A stretch of 38,832 bases of DNA from Phoronis australis (GCA_002633005.1 NMRA01000250.1:536472-575303), one strand, 5' to 3'. Positions 1 to 13,800 are shown, numbered from the stretch's first letter. Made by a program: numbers and translations. The notes: generated by a model from the sequence alone, not told the origin.

Positions 1-231
1 TAATTGCCAAATGTATCAAAGAAATGGCATAAGAATATTTATTGAAACTAAAAAATGAATAACAGTTACAGAACACTCAGAATTCCACGTTATAGACATA
101 CTCTTGAAGTTGTAGCGACAGCAGACGATAATGTAGGCCTAGTTCTTGGGGTGGTCTATTCCAATAGCGAGCGATGAATCAGCGCGGCTTTGCGTGATTT
201 TGCACTTCACATCATAAAGAGTTCCATAGCA

Positions 232-396
232 ACTCGAGTATGAGTGTCAGATTTGAGTACGTTTGGAGTCTACTCGAAATAAGACATTAGATACGCTTTT
301 TTGAGTACGACTCCAGTGAGCACGATTTTGAGTATGAAATCTCGAGTATGAGTATGAGTCTGAGTACGGAGATTGGAGACCGGGCCCAGGTCCTGG
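232..396. repeat. Cluster of GAGTAY motifs, probably a transposon subterminal remnant
   Basis: Many GAGTAT/GAGTAC copies; ctcgagtatgagt occurs twice. Confidence 0.5.
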
Positions 397-2599
397 TTTT
401 GGAATACTGGAAATTCAAAGTAGTGAATTTTAGAAGATAACGAACCTTCGGAGTATTGAACCTTCGTCATAGTGACATGGAATCTTGGAAATCTTTTCAA
501 TCAAGTTTGTTGCTCGTATGAAGTCTGCAGGGTTGTGCACCATTGACATCGATTGATTAGAGAAGATTTTCATTGACCAAAGTTGAGGTCTACGCCTACT
601 TTTCCATCATAACGTGAATATGCTCAACGGTGTGTTCTCAGTGCAAGAAAACACGGTAGTTGAATGTCTGGTTTTTTAGCACGACGGAGGACTGCCTATA
701 ATGAACTTACTGTCAGCGTGTACTGAATTTAAAGGAACAGAAACTTTCAAACATGTACAGGCATTCATACCAATCCACCAATCCACAATCAAAGTGGACA
801 CTGGATGAACAACATATCTGGATTTTTGACGATCACCTTCAATTCAAAATTTTAAAATGCCTACACCTCTACCGTACTATGCTTGCAATTAAAACCAAAA
901 TAGCAGAATAACAAATCTCAAATTTCTGCTGTTTTGTTTCTTGGCCGAATTTAAGGCATTTACACCGCACTATTTTTGGGAACTCTCTCAATGCTATTTA
1001 CAAAATATGTAGCTTACTAAGGTCGTAGGGTCGGACTTTTATGCTTAGGTATAGACATTCACATTTGAACTCACTTGTTACCCTTTGGTGTAGTCACCAC
1101 GCGCGTGATTTATGAATAACATAAAGCCTCCTCTTATCATATGCACGATCCTGTCTACACAAACAGCGGCACTCAGGCGAAGTTTGCCGAGCACGACCCG
1201 ATGACACGTGAAGCGCTTTGAATCAAAGGCAAATTCAAAATTATTACTAACTTAGTTACATGCATCATTGTAGTTAATAGCACCAGTAGCTGCAACAGTT
1301 CTGTTGTTATTATCCATTCATATCTCATGTTTAACGAATATGCTAGGGCTGGACCTTTTCGGCGGGGGAAGGATTCGATCGCCGAACCCCCCCCCCACGG
1401 CTACAGGCCTGTACTATTAATTATAAAAGTAAAAAGGTGAAGCATAAGCTAGAATCTTTATTTAATTCAACTACAACCCCCTCCCCCAATGTGGATGCCC
1501 GGGGGCCGTCGCCACGGTGACTGAGCACCATAAAGAATTTATGAATAATTAATTCGAACGTGGTTTATAATCACTATACCGACACAAAGCGAATAGTTCT
1601 ATTGCCCGCATACCTGTGTCGTGCAAATGAAATGATTGTCAATCTCACTGAAAAACTATCAGGACACGTTATACCCACGAACTGTGAATAACATGTTCGC
1701 AACATGAACAGAATGTTTAATCTACGTTACAGCTTTGATAGTTTCCACGAAATCTAACACGGCCGTACGTACTCAATATTAAGTGCCGCAGAGGTGCTTT
1801 CAGCCTTTTTGGAGAACACCATATCAAACATAAAAATACGGACTGTTCCAGAGAGAGGTCAACAGCCGATCTACTGAAGTTCTTCCTCGTACGTAACACT
1901 GAGAACGCATCGTTTTCCAACACTTTACGTAATACTGGGTCTGCAAATTTCAACTTTTGGTAAAACAATGTTCCCCATCTGGCGTAGTTTGGGCGGTTCT
2001 GGGCAAAGTATACATCTAGTTAGCATAGCCAGGAAAATGTTGATACAGCCACTGACGGATTGTTTTTGACGCATCTCTGGAGTTCTCTGTGGGCTCGGTT
2101 TACTATAAAGATGGAGATTGCCCAAAACTGATAAGTTTTGCCAAATTTGCCATTAATCACTGGGTGAAATGAAAGTAGTTGGCGCGCATACATAACGCAG
2201 AAGACAGCAAAAGACGGCATTTTGGTTATTATTCGTTTTAGCAGTTGCATCAAATGACTCGTCCGAAAACAGAGGACGCAGCTTAGATTGGTAAAATAGA
2301 ACAACGAAAAATCGAAATTCGTGCAAACACAATGTGCTATTTAAAAGTGAATCATGTGGAGTATTCTGCTGTTTTCGCATGGACTTGTGAGGTCTCTACG
2401 ACACCAGGCGCGATGTTTCTGGTTTCATGCCCTGACGTAAACTTGCGGCGGACAAAAATCTTTCACCTTGTGCGGTAACCTATGTCGTACGGACTCAGAG
2501 GCTTTATTAAAAATCGAAGTGCCTGGTTCCTCAATGTGATGCTTATTCATTGTTAATGGGCTTATAATCAATTTTGTTTCGACTCTTTATTTGTCTGAT

Positions 2600-3502
2600 T
2601 GGGGCATCTTACTGTTATGCCACGTGCATGTGATGCTGAACATCGCCGACGATTGGTTTCAAACGGTTACCTGGTGGGTTGATTTAGCTCAACTCAGGTA
2701 CTTGGGCGTGTCTGGCGGGGATAACCCACCACTGGTATTTGTCTGGCAGTATTTATTCTTGATACCTGGGCTTACGGCGAATATTTTGCAACTGGTTTCA
2801 TGCGGTTACCTCTTGGGTTGAGCTCAACTCAGGTCTCTGGGCGTGTCTGGCGGTGATAACCCACCACTTGATTTGTCTGACAGTGTTTATTCGTGATACC
2901 TGGGCTTACGGTGAATATTTTGGAACTGGTTTTAAGCGGTTACCTCTTAGGTTGATCTAGCTCAATTTTTAACCCTTTTTGATAGTCGTCTGGCAGAGGC
3001 AACCCACCACAGAAAATGTCGGGCATCTAACAGTGATACTGAACATCGTGCAATATTGGTTTCAAACGGTTACCTGGTGGGTTGATCTAGCTCAACTCAG
3101 TTATTTGGGCGTGTCTGGCGGGGCTAACCCACCACTAGATTTGTTTGGCAGTGTTCATTCGTGGTACTTGGGCTCACGGTTAATATTTTGAAACTGGTTT
3201 CACACGGCTTGGATTGATCTAGCTCAATTTTTGCACCTTAAATATAACCGTCTGGCTGATACTCCCCACCACTGAAATTGTCTGGCAGTGACCAATTTTG
3301 ATGCAGTGGATTACGTAGGAGGGATCCAAGTGGTTACCAGAAAAGTTGATCTAGCTCAATTTTTGCCATGTTGGCTCCCTCGACAACACCCACCAAAGCG
3401 AACCTGCCAGACGGCCATTTCCAAGCATCAGGATACCCACAGAGCACTGCGGCACCAAAGAAAATTGGTTACCTTTTCATGCCCAAAAAAGCTCTGGGAT
3501 CC
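2600..3502. repeat. Diverged ~130-139 bp satellite-like tandem array with a ~403-bp higher-order duplication, running into the assembly gap
   Basis: Recurring blocks TGGTTT (2654, 2793, 2927, 3057, 3195), GGTTACC, TTGATCTAGCTCAA, GTCTGGC and ACCCACCAC. Segment 2630-2800 closely matches 3033-3200. Confidence 0.85.
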
Positions 3503-3703
3503 NNNNNNNNNNNNNNNNNNNNNNNNNNNNNNNNNNNNNNNNNNNNNNNNNNNNNNNNNNNNNNNNNNNNNNNNNNNNNNNNNNNNNNNNNNNNNNNNNN
3601 NNNNNNNNNNNNNNNNNNNNNNNNNNNNNNNNNNNNNNNNNNNNNNNNNNNNNNNNNNNNNNNNNNNNNNNNNNNNNNNNNNNNNNNNNNNNNNNNNNNN
3701 NNN
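3503..3703. other. Assembly gap (201 N)
   Basis: Run of N characters. Confidence 1.
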
Positions 3704-4407
3704 GGGGGGGCTCAGATCCAATTTCAAGTGACAAATTCGGAACACGGCGCATTTGTAACGGAACTATGGCTAAGTATAAGCTCTCCCGCGATATCCCAGG
3801 CGACCGGCAATGGCGCTGCGCACTGCGACTCGGTTTCCGTCGTCTGCTCCACTGTGCAATGAAGAAAATTTAATACATTTTTAAAGAAAATGGAACCCGA
3901 GTGACCATAAAAAAACAGATACTGCTGGTGAGATGTGAATTTTAATTGTGACTTGGTGAATCACGCAGAAACTCATAATTATCTCTTTGTCAAACCTTAA
4001 CTTAAGGGGATTTCCAAAGCAATCCGTCATTGTTGCCAACACGAAAAACGGATTTGGTCTTTTGGGCATATGAAGACTATTTTAAATAGGCCTACAACAA
4101 ATTTGTTAAGAACCGACTGCACAAAATATAAAACGTGTAATAAGCATTACAAAAAGAAGTAGGTTTCGCGCGCAAACGCTGTGGACCATAAAGAAGTAGG
4201 TTTCGCGCGCAAACGCTGTGGACCATAAAGAAGTAGGTTTCGTAGCACTTTATTAGTAGTGAACTCGTGGTGGTAATCGTGGGGGCAAACCCCCCTCCCG
4301 ACCTCCCCCCCTTTGGTGCTATACGCATCTTCAATCATATGGTTTGCGCGAATGCTTACCCGGACAAAATGTTGCCCCCCCCTTGTGATATGCTAGATCC
4401 GCCACTG
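3704..4407 (+). mobile_element. Non-autonomous DNA-transposon-like element (left end lost in the gap), ending in CTAGATCCGCCACTG; same family as 37042-37739
   Basis: 3704-3906 is the reverse complement of 37382-37586. G/C homopolymer tracts lie near the terminus. There is an internal 37-bp tandem repeat. Confidence 0.65.
4153..4242 (+). repeat. 37-bp tandem repeat, ~2.4 copies (AAAGAAGTAGGTTTCGCGCGCAAACGCTGTGGACCAT)
   Basis: Copies at 4153 and 4190, partial copy at 4227. Confidence 0.95.
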
Positions 4408-4559
4408 GAAAAGGTTAACATTGACCAAAAAGTGGAATTAGAATTCTTCTCCAAAGTCGCCTTAATTCTAGTAGGGCCTAAATACTTGATCAAAGATAAG
4501 TGACCCGAAGCAGCTAGGAAGCCGGATCACTGAAGAAAGTAAGCAATTTTATGTGATAT

Positions 4560-4820
4560 AGTTCTAACTGTGGAATGTATTTTTGATGAGGTGAAAACTC
4601 CAATCGGTGGCAGGATTTGGCCTACCGCCCATTCAAAATACACGGGACGAAATGCGTACAGAAAGCGGTGGAAAATATTGTAGCCCCTAACCGGCCAACC
4701 GAGGAGCTACGTGTTGCCTATGCCGGAGCGTGATCCGTGATCACCACATTGGTAATTGTGCTATTACCCTGGGACACCCGGCTGTGAGGTTGTCGCTCAC
4801 TGGCCCAGTGGTGTGTGAAA
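4560..4820 (+). promoter_or_regulatory. Likely DNAJC25 promoter/5' UTR
   Basis: CpG-containing region directly upstream of the ATG, contrasting with the CpG-poor gene body. CCAAT at ~4600. Transcription start not determined. Confidence 0.4.
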
Positions 4821-7800
4821 ATGCAAGCAAACGTGGCACAGGTGCTGCTGGTTTTATTAGTACTCACCATCCCGGCGTCAGCGTTCATTGAGGGGTTGTA
4901 CTGTGGCACAGAAAATTGTTACGATAGTAAGACTTTAAGTTACATTACTCGTCGCACGTCGAGTTCAGTTTTTCATATTCGTGTGACTGAAACGTGAAAT
5001 TGAAAGCCAGGCTAACTCACACTAACAAACACATTGATTTCTGAACTTTGGTTTAATGAGCCTGTGTTATGCAAACGTAAGAATCTCTCGAAGGGAGCTA
5101 GTGTGTCCATTGTTTAGTACTCTAATGTTGTCCTCTGGGTCAGCCTACGAGTACGGGATCCAACACAGGAATACAGCGACCACCGCGTCTCTAGCTGTAG
5201 CTGGCCCCACTAGAGACGTTGAAGCTCCTGTAGGACCTTTATGTGCCGGAAGCCTTTCAGCGAGTTATGTCTCACACTGATTAAAACATCAAAGTCACGT
5301 TTTAAGTATCTTTTGAGCATAGGGAGCATAGGAGGCTGTGGATGTCTTTAATTCCTTCCAACACGCACAAAAACTCCTGTAATTGAACTATTTCTTCGAG
5401 CAGTCCATTCATTCATTTGCCCAAATCGACAATTGGCCATTTTAACACTGCACACGATCCTGGTGGGCGCTGTAGAAATAGGAGCGCGCGTAGCGTAAAA
5501 ATGGCCAGTTGCCGATATGGGCAACTGTACAAAGGACTACTTGAAGAAAAACTGATTACGGGAGTTTGTTCGAGTTGAAAGAAATTGATGACATGGACAC
5601 CTCGTAAGGTCACCCTCCATGCACAAATGGTACTTAAAACAAGGTGAATTTGATGTTTTAATCAGTGTGAGGCATAATTCACCAAAGAGATTCCTATGTG
5701 GGACCTTCACCATCTCTCCTGGGGGCAGCTAGAGACTGGTTACTGTCTATCACAGGCGATGCCCATATGCTGAGCCCTTGGCCTTGACCTTGTTGTCTTA
5801 AGGGTGAGCCTGAGATTGGGGGGAATGTGTCTGTGCCTTCTAATCCCAACTTTGTATGTATGGTAGTGGTAAGGTTATGTTATGGGTTTAATTAGGGACC
5901 CAGAGTCACTGAAAATTGAATGTTTCTGTTGATATTTGATCTTTTATTAGGCTGTTTAGCTCAGAGAGGGTGCTACCTGGCTACCCAGGTTAGGTCACAC
6001 AGCTGTTGCCATTAAACTAGTCAAGTTTTATGTTATTGGCATTTTGTGAAGGTGATGTAGTAATGTATTTACGCGATACATGACCTCTTTAGTCAAGCAT
6101 TCACATGTTTAAGTAATGGCGTTTCTGTGTCATGATTATGAACCAATTTGTGCCAACAAGTAGCAAATGAGAAAGACAGTGGCATCACATTTTCAAAAAA
6201 TTTCCATGTCTTGGATTTTTATGCGCCCACATATTTATTTATAGTATTTTCGAGTCTGTTTTTAGGCGCCCGCCCCTCTGTCAACAAAATTGATTTAATT
6301 TGAGTTACAGCTGCACATTGTATGCACAAGGTATCAGAATACCATTGAAAGTAAACTTTACATATGAAACTGAGACAGCGGGTGAGATGCCTTTAATTGT
6401 CTTTATATTTTCAGTACTTGGAGTAACCCGAGATTCAGAGAAGGTAATTATCAAGTTTTTATTTGTCTTCTTAATACCACTTCGAGACGGTGATGTAGTA
6501 ATAGGATGCCTAAAACCTTTAGCCTATTTACATTTCTCCATCTTCAGATGTTTCAGCGTTTTTAAAAGAACGAGCATGACCACTGAGTAATCCATTATTT
6601 TTGAAGGAAATTTGTTATACTTACTTAATATATCTTTTTTCGCCGTGCCTATGCAAATTAGCTTGAGGTTGGTTTTAGACTGGTTTTATTATTTTTTACA
6701 GTAAAATCAAGCTTTTCAATTAGCCAGCCGATTAAAGGTTGGTTGTCTAGTCTTAGGTTTCCTCAAAGACGGAGTTGCATCTAACCATGTTGATTACTAG
6801 AAGACCAATTATTTCAAAGGAATTTCAAGTTATTGTACAGTTTGGTTTCAAGTTGGTACTGAATTGGCGTAACACATTAGAAGTGGCGCAATTGTTCAGT
6901 TCTGAATTTCTGTTTTACTTCACAGGGTGAAATATCTAAAGCTTACAGAAAGCTGGCCAGAAAATGGCATCCGGATATGCATAAAACAAAGGTATGTGGT
7001 TTTACCAGAGAACCTTTTGTCTGTTGAGTTCTACAATTTGCCATACAGCCTTCCAGAACATCTCCGATATTTTTGTTCTCTTAGACGATTCTGCTTAATA
7101 GTTGTTTCACATTTGTGTCAACTTCAATCATAACAGAAAAAGGGGTGTGGTCCAGAAAAAGGGGTGTGGTCCAGAGGTGAATAAAAGGGCATCATGGTGC
7201 ATTCAGTGGCATTCTCTGATTTGAGAGTAGCGTGATTTGTTGTTGCACTTGGCAAGTATGAAATGAAAATACCAAACATGTTCCTGATGGATTACCAGTG
7301 CAAACAATGTTATGCTCTGCTATGGTAGCCTTGTCATGTACAACAAACAACTCTCAGTCTTTTCTACAGTGTTTGCCCTACACTTCCAAACACTGGGTCG
7401 TCTTTGTGAGGATCTATTTCAGTTTCTTGGGGTTCCATGAAAACATTTCAGAAATCATTACACATCGTATATGTAGGCAGGACCATCCCTCACCATTGGG
7501 AAAAGGAGACTGTGCCTTCTGAGGTGAATTTCTTAGTTGAGGGGAATCCCCTAGTCATCACTAATTCCATTCGCCGGTCATCACCACTCAACTGCAATGT
7601 CTGAAGTAGCTGAAGTAGCTGAAACTGATGTTTTGCAAATCTAAGTGATTTTAGTTTTGAGGTGAAGGGGAATTTTTTGTTCATTGGAGGGCAATTTTTG
7701 GGTCTGACGAGGGGAATCTCGTGAGATTTTTCAATATTATTTCTAGGGGAATGAAAAACGAGGCAAATATGGTCACCGTGGTACTTTTGTCAACAGAAAA

Positions 7801-10800
7801 TATGGGATGGTAACCGAGAAACGTTTTCTGAAAGGGTACGGTTATTTACATGTCTTTAGATGCATTCCTTACAATGTACCTATATTGAGTCCTAGATAAC
7901 GCACTCGTTTGTAAATCATACAGTGTTGACATAACTACGTCTGGATTTTTGGTTATCAGTGTTATGCTGTCTTGAAATTAAAAATTACATTTAGTCTATT
8001 CTAGAAGGCATTTTATCAATATTTTTGCAGACCCACAACTTCCCAGTTGTACCGCATTGTCTCGTTCTAAGGTTAACTGATAACCATGCTTTGTGATTTT
8101 GTGCTCTTTTTCAGAAAGCAAAGGCTGAAGCTGCCATAGAATTCCAAAAGATAGCTACAGCATACGAGGTAAACATTAAACATCATCAAACTCCATAAAC
8201 ACTTTCTTTTGTAAAATGCAGTATGCCATACAAGTGAAATTTATAATTGTTTATATGACAGTTAATATAGCATGAAATTAAATGATACTTTATGTTTAAG
8301 TTCTGTTGCACATCGAACAAAGTTGGCATTTGCTGCAATGTTAGAAGCTCTCGATAAAAGGACATTTTTGGCAATTCTTTTGGTAATGCTCTTATATATC
8401 GTGCCCGAATTTTGAGAACCAGTTTTCTCCACTGAATAATGAGCATTGAACTCGTTCTCAAAATACGGGTACATTGTTTCCTTCTATTGCCATTATTTTT
8501 GCCCGAAATTGGTGGGATTTTGACCATAACATTTGGATTATAACACACCGACTGTAAAATTCATTCCAATTTCTACTCAGATTTCAAGTGATTTCTTGGC
8601 TTGGGAAGTACTGACAATATGCCATTATTTAAGACTGAATCCAATAATTTGGTCCTCTTTTAATGTATTGGCGTATAATTCACCAAAACACAGTGTGGCT
8701 GCAGGGGAAATTACCAATAGATTTGTTGCTTATTTTTTCAAAGAACAGGAAGGCGGTGATGTTGGTTTGGAGATGCAAATGGATCTCTGATGGGTGTTTT
8801 TGCTGTAAAATATAGAATACAATAAAATCTCATCAATTTAGGACAAGATATGGTTGACAGGTGAAATTTTATTTTCTCATGCTTTCATAAACGGTGCAGT
8901 GCCAGAATGATGCTTTGTCATATTCAAATATTGTACCATAGCTATCCATGGACATTATTTTGAAAAACTGGTCATACACTGCAATGTTTTGGGTAATTCT
9001 GTGACTCCATGCATGAACCTGCCATTTTTGTCCAGAATTGGTGAGGTTTTACCGTACTGCTTTGGGAGTTGGGACTTGTAATTCTGTGATCCCATGCATG
9101 AACCTGGTACTTTTTTTCCAAAATTGTTGAGGTACAACCATATTGCTTTGAGACTTGTGATTAGCGCATTGTTCTTGACTGGCAGCTGCATTCTCCCATT
9201 CTGGTGAGGAGTACATCTTCAGGACAATGGTTCCATTAAATCTTACAAAAAATCTTTGAGAGTAATCTATCGTTGTCTGAAAAAGTCCAGAACATGGTAA
9301 TTCACTTTTACCAGGCGACCAGATTTTTACTATCATTCAAACTTTTCCTCTTTGTATTGTAGATTTTGAAAGATGAAGAGCAACGTAAAGATTATGACTA
9401 TATGCTGGATAACCCAGGTAATGTGTTGGCAGAAAGTAAATAAAAAGGATTTCATACTCATTCTTCTCTGTCAATCTGTGGGCTCATATCGGAATTTTTT
9501 GGTTTCTTTAACTTCTTTGAGAAATGAACTGATGTGGGTTCTTGGTATTGAATGTCTTTTAATAGCAAACATTTGGCATATAACTTTAGTCTTGTAAGCC
9601 AATAGTCTGATATAGTCTGATATATAATAATTTGAGAACCAGTTTGACGCCCATTATTCAGTGGAGAAAACTGGTTCTCAAAATGCGGGCACTTTATATC
9701 AGACTATTACCATTGTGAAAGCATTAAAAGTGATTTCTGCTTGGCCCTAACGAAACGCAATGTCTTTCATTTTTGAAAATTTTCAGTATAGGGCTTTTAG
9801 CGTGAATCATTCGAACAGTCCACAAAGTACTGTTATCACGTTGTATCAGCATAGCTAATTTTTATGTGTTGTCACTAGATCAAGAAATGGTTATCAACTC
9901 CTTCTTAGTGTTTGGCAGTGCAATTCCTTAGAGACAATTAATACAAAATTTTATGTTATTCTTTGGGAAGCAGGTATGACTCATCATCAAATATGCTATC
10001 ATACAGTCAGAATAACATAAGACAGAGCTGGATATAACGAACTGTAAGTCGTATGTGTGACCTGAAATTTGAAAATGCGAGTTGAAATTTTGGCCATCTC
10101 ACATTTATCAACTTGGGAATTCATACTCATGGTATCCAAGCTGAGTTTCACACTCGTGTGAACCAGACTAATTTAAAAGTAGCCTGACAGAATCAGTTAA
10201 TTTAGTCACCAAATCAAATGTGAACGAAACCACCACCAGAGGAGTCATGGGAGTGCTGACACTCACTTTTGGGTAATTTCCATTGTCTTTGGACACAGAT
10301 TTTCACGTCGGAGTGACTTCTTTGGTACCCGACGTTTGGTAGGTACCTGGTTTTTCAATCTGGGTGTAATGTTTTTTGTTCTCGAGTATGGCAACTAGGA
10401 ATTTTATGCGTTTGAACTTGTAAGGGTAACCTGAATTTCTACAATTATTTGAGAAAAGCTTTTAGCTGCTGTAAAAGTAGACTCTGTTTTTCTCGTGTTT
10501 CAGATGAGTACCTTATGCACTATTATGCATACTACAGAAGACGTGTCGCCCCCAAGGTGGATGTCCGAATTGTTATCGCCGTGACAATAACAGTAATATC
10601 AGCCGTGCAAGTAAGTACACTCACAACAGTGACAGTATGACAAGTAAGTACTACACAACAGTGACAGTATGACAAGTAAGTACGTGCACAACAGTGACAG
10701 TATGACAAGTAAGTACTACACAACAGTGACAGTATGACAAGTAATTACTACACAACAGTGGCAGTATGACAAGTAAGTACTACACAACAGTGACAGTATG

Positions 10801-13800
10801 ACAAGTAAGTACTACGCAACAGTGACAGTATGTCAAGTCAGATACCTGATGTTCTCATGGGCCTGCTTTACATTCCCTTGAACAGTTGTTTCCCAGGGTG
10901 TTAACTTTGTTTACATGGTCAGCGATTAATAGTTTCTGTTATATGTAATTGATCGCACTGTTCCCTTGGCACTATGCAGGGTCTTGTATAGGATTTGAAA
11001 AGTGAGGGTCCAAATTCGCGACGTTGACACTCGTCATATGAGGGGATCCGGTATGACGTCACCCCTGTAAAACATGGCTGCCAGATTTTGCCAGTCGTTT
11101 GTGTGACATTGATTGTAAAAATGGATAACAATAGTTTATACTCTCAATTCATGTCTGAATATTTACTGAACTGAAATGAATTGCAGGTGTCAATAAAATT
11201 ATAATCAGAAATATTAAAATTCTCCTTTTAGCCGGTGTTTTTGCCAATGTTGTCTTGAAACAGGGCATTGTTTTCTCTCTTGGGCGTCATGTTTGAAAAC
11301 TGGCAATCTCAATGGCGGCTGTTAGTTTCCCATGTCTGATGTTCCTTTGGTTCTTCATACTCTGGGGGTGATGTGTCTCTGTTACAATACTGTGTCCCTG
11401 CATAACCTTTCCCTGCCACAATGTTTTACTGTTTCCGGCACCTGATGATCTCACTGCTTGACATAGAGCTGGGAAACATTGGATGGGAGAACAGGGGGCC
11501 CAGGGTACAACAGATCTGCTGAACATCAAGATGGGTGAACACTGGGATAGGAAATTAGGGAGATGACCCTGTCAAAATACAGCTAGGAGTTATTCTGTCT
11601 TCTACAGGTAGCAAGTTAAACTGACAAAGGTCTGTTGTTGGTCACTGCAGAAAGAAAACAGTAGTAAAAAGTGCAAACAGCTTGTAGTTTTTAACTCCAC
11701 AACCCACTCATCATTTCCCTTTCTCATTATACATGTAGGTGTCTAATTGCAAAGCAGTGGTCAATAGATGTCACTGACGTTTGATCATTTCATTCTTCCT
11801 AATGTTCTCCACATCAGAAAATTAAATCTTGACTGGAAAATTTGAGTAGGTGTTCGAATGGCCATGTGTATACTGTGGGGAGTTTGTGTGCTAAGTCACG
11901 GTATAAGTGCTTAAGAAATAACTAACCTCCCAATACTTTAAACTCATTGCATAGGTTTTTCAAACTCAATGCAAGTAAGCCAAACTCGTAATGACAAAAT
12001 TCTAACTCGATGCAGTGATGAGTCAAAACAGGTAGTGGAGGAGACTGTTTCCAATTGCCGTTGGCTTACACTTGCCAGCAGTATCATGAGAGAAAGATTG
12101 AAGTCAAGCATATCTTCATTACAGTACTGTGAAGTTTTCCATTCATATTTTTCCAGTATTATTTGGCCTGGAGCAATTACAATGAAACGATCAATGGGAT
12201 ATTGAGGGACCACAAGTTCAGAATGCGAGCCACAGACATCGCTAAAAGTCGAGGACTTTTGAGTAAGGACAAGAAAAAACAGAGAGGAAAAACTAAGGTA
12301 CAAGTATCTATACAACAACCTACAATTAGCAAGGCTTTTTTTAATTTTACTGATAATACTGCAATGTAGTTTCATGGTGTCAATTCCAATTTTTCTTGTG
12401 ATGTAGAAATTTACAGCTCTCTTTCAAAGGGGATTTCACAATAGTACATCAAATGGTATAACTGTGAAAATCAAGAAATGGTTGATCTCAGTGACTAATT
12501 AGTTCAAACTGTTGATTGTTGGTTTATGTTTTTGTCACCAATCATATTTCGTGACAAAACTGTTGTCAATTAACTGTTATTTTTTTGCAGGAGGAACTTA
12601 AAGAGGAAGATGATGAAATTTTAAAAAATATCGTACTTAACGATATGGGTTTTCAGTATGTATAACTTGTCACACACATGTTGCTGCATCTTCTAGTTTG
12701 TATTTTAACCTGATGCATATGTGTTTTCCTTCCTTATTTCAATAGTGCGGTGTGCTCAGCTGTAGTTCAAGTAAATTATTTGAAGGGACATCGTAGGTTG
12801 ATGTCCAAAAAATGCAGTTTAGGGATTATTGTTCGATGGGGTAGATTTTGTGAGGTTATTATCTTTGACAAGAGCCTATAAAACAAGAGAATCCATTGTA
12901 TTTTATGATTTTGTTACAAATCACCAATTCCCATTTTTGTCTGCCAGGCATTGGCTGGTATCAGGGCTGGTGACTTTACAAGATAAATATTCTTTAAATG
13001 CTCTGCCACTTATCGAGTGTGAGTACAGTTTTCTAGGTTCGATTGTGCACTTAAGCTGATCTCAGAAAATCAATTTTCTCTCCAATAATGTCCCTTTTAG
13101 TTGAAATAAAATGCCCAAACATTGAGGAAAAAGGCTCTTTTTCAGTGGCAGTGAAGTGTAAAGTGAATAATTGGTATCTATTGTATATGCAAATGTAAGT
13201 GATACTGAAATGAACCTCAGTGGTTCATAATTGTAATGGATCATAAATCTAATATCACACTGGACTATAAAAATGCCTTGTGATGGTTATATCGGTTTCA
13301 ACAATAGAATGGAAAGTCATCTAGAGATTGAAGACTTGAAGCAACATTTTGTGTTGGAAATAAAGTCCTATTACAAATGCTATATGATTGAAGTTACTGG
13401 ACTCAAGTTCTGCAAATGAGATGCTTTAAATTCCAATCAAATTGAATTCTTTGTGTAATTGGGAAAATAAATTATTTTATGTACTCAGAAAAGTCTGTCA
13501 AATACCAATGACCTCAACGTGTTGGTGAAAAAATCAAAACTTTGTGAAAACTCGTAAAAACTTATTCTACATTCAATTTTAAACAATTAAACACCAATCA
13601 AATATGGTAGAAAGGATTCAGCAACTTTCAACCTGTCACGGTATGTATTACGCTAACCTTTACATCATATCTTTATTACGCAATAAAGTTTGCACAAGTC
13701 TGATCCTACCAGACCAAGCGATTATATCAGAGTTAGGTGAAATCTGACTGATTTGAAGGCCCAAGTATGCGAAGAAGCACAATTGTACTGCAGACCTTTG

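Noticed and set aside
1717-2304. Minus-strand ORFs, including MPSFAVFC...LSFHP (faintly THAP-like)
   Set aside because: Key Cys/His residues are absent and I recognise no domain; at best very old TE debris.
3288-3862. Long ORFs in the track
   Set aside because: Artefacts of translating through the N gap.
10608-10839. CRISPR-like appearance of the 32-bp repeats (also the 37-bp repeat at 4153 and the satellite at 2600)
   Set aside because: These are head-to-tail repeats without unique spacers, in a eukaryotic context.
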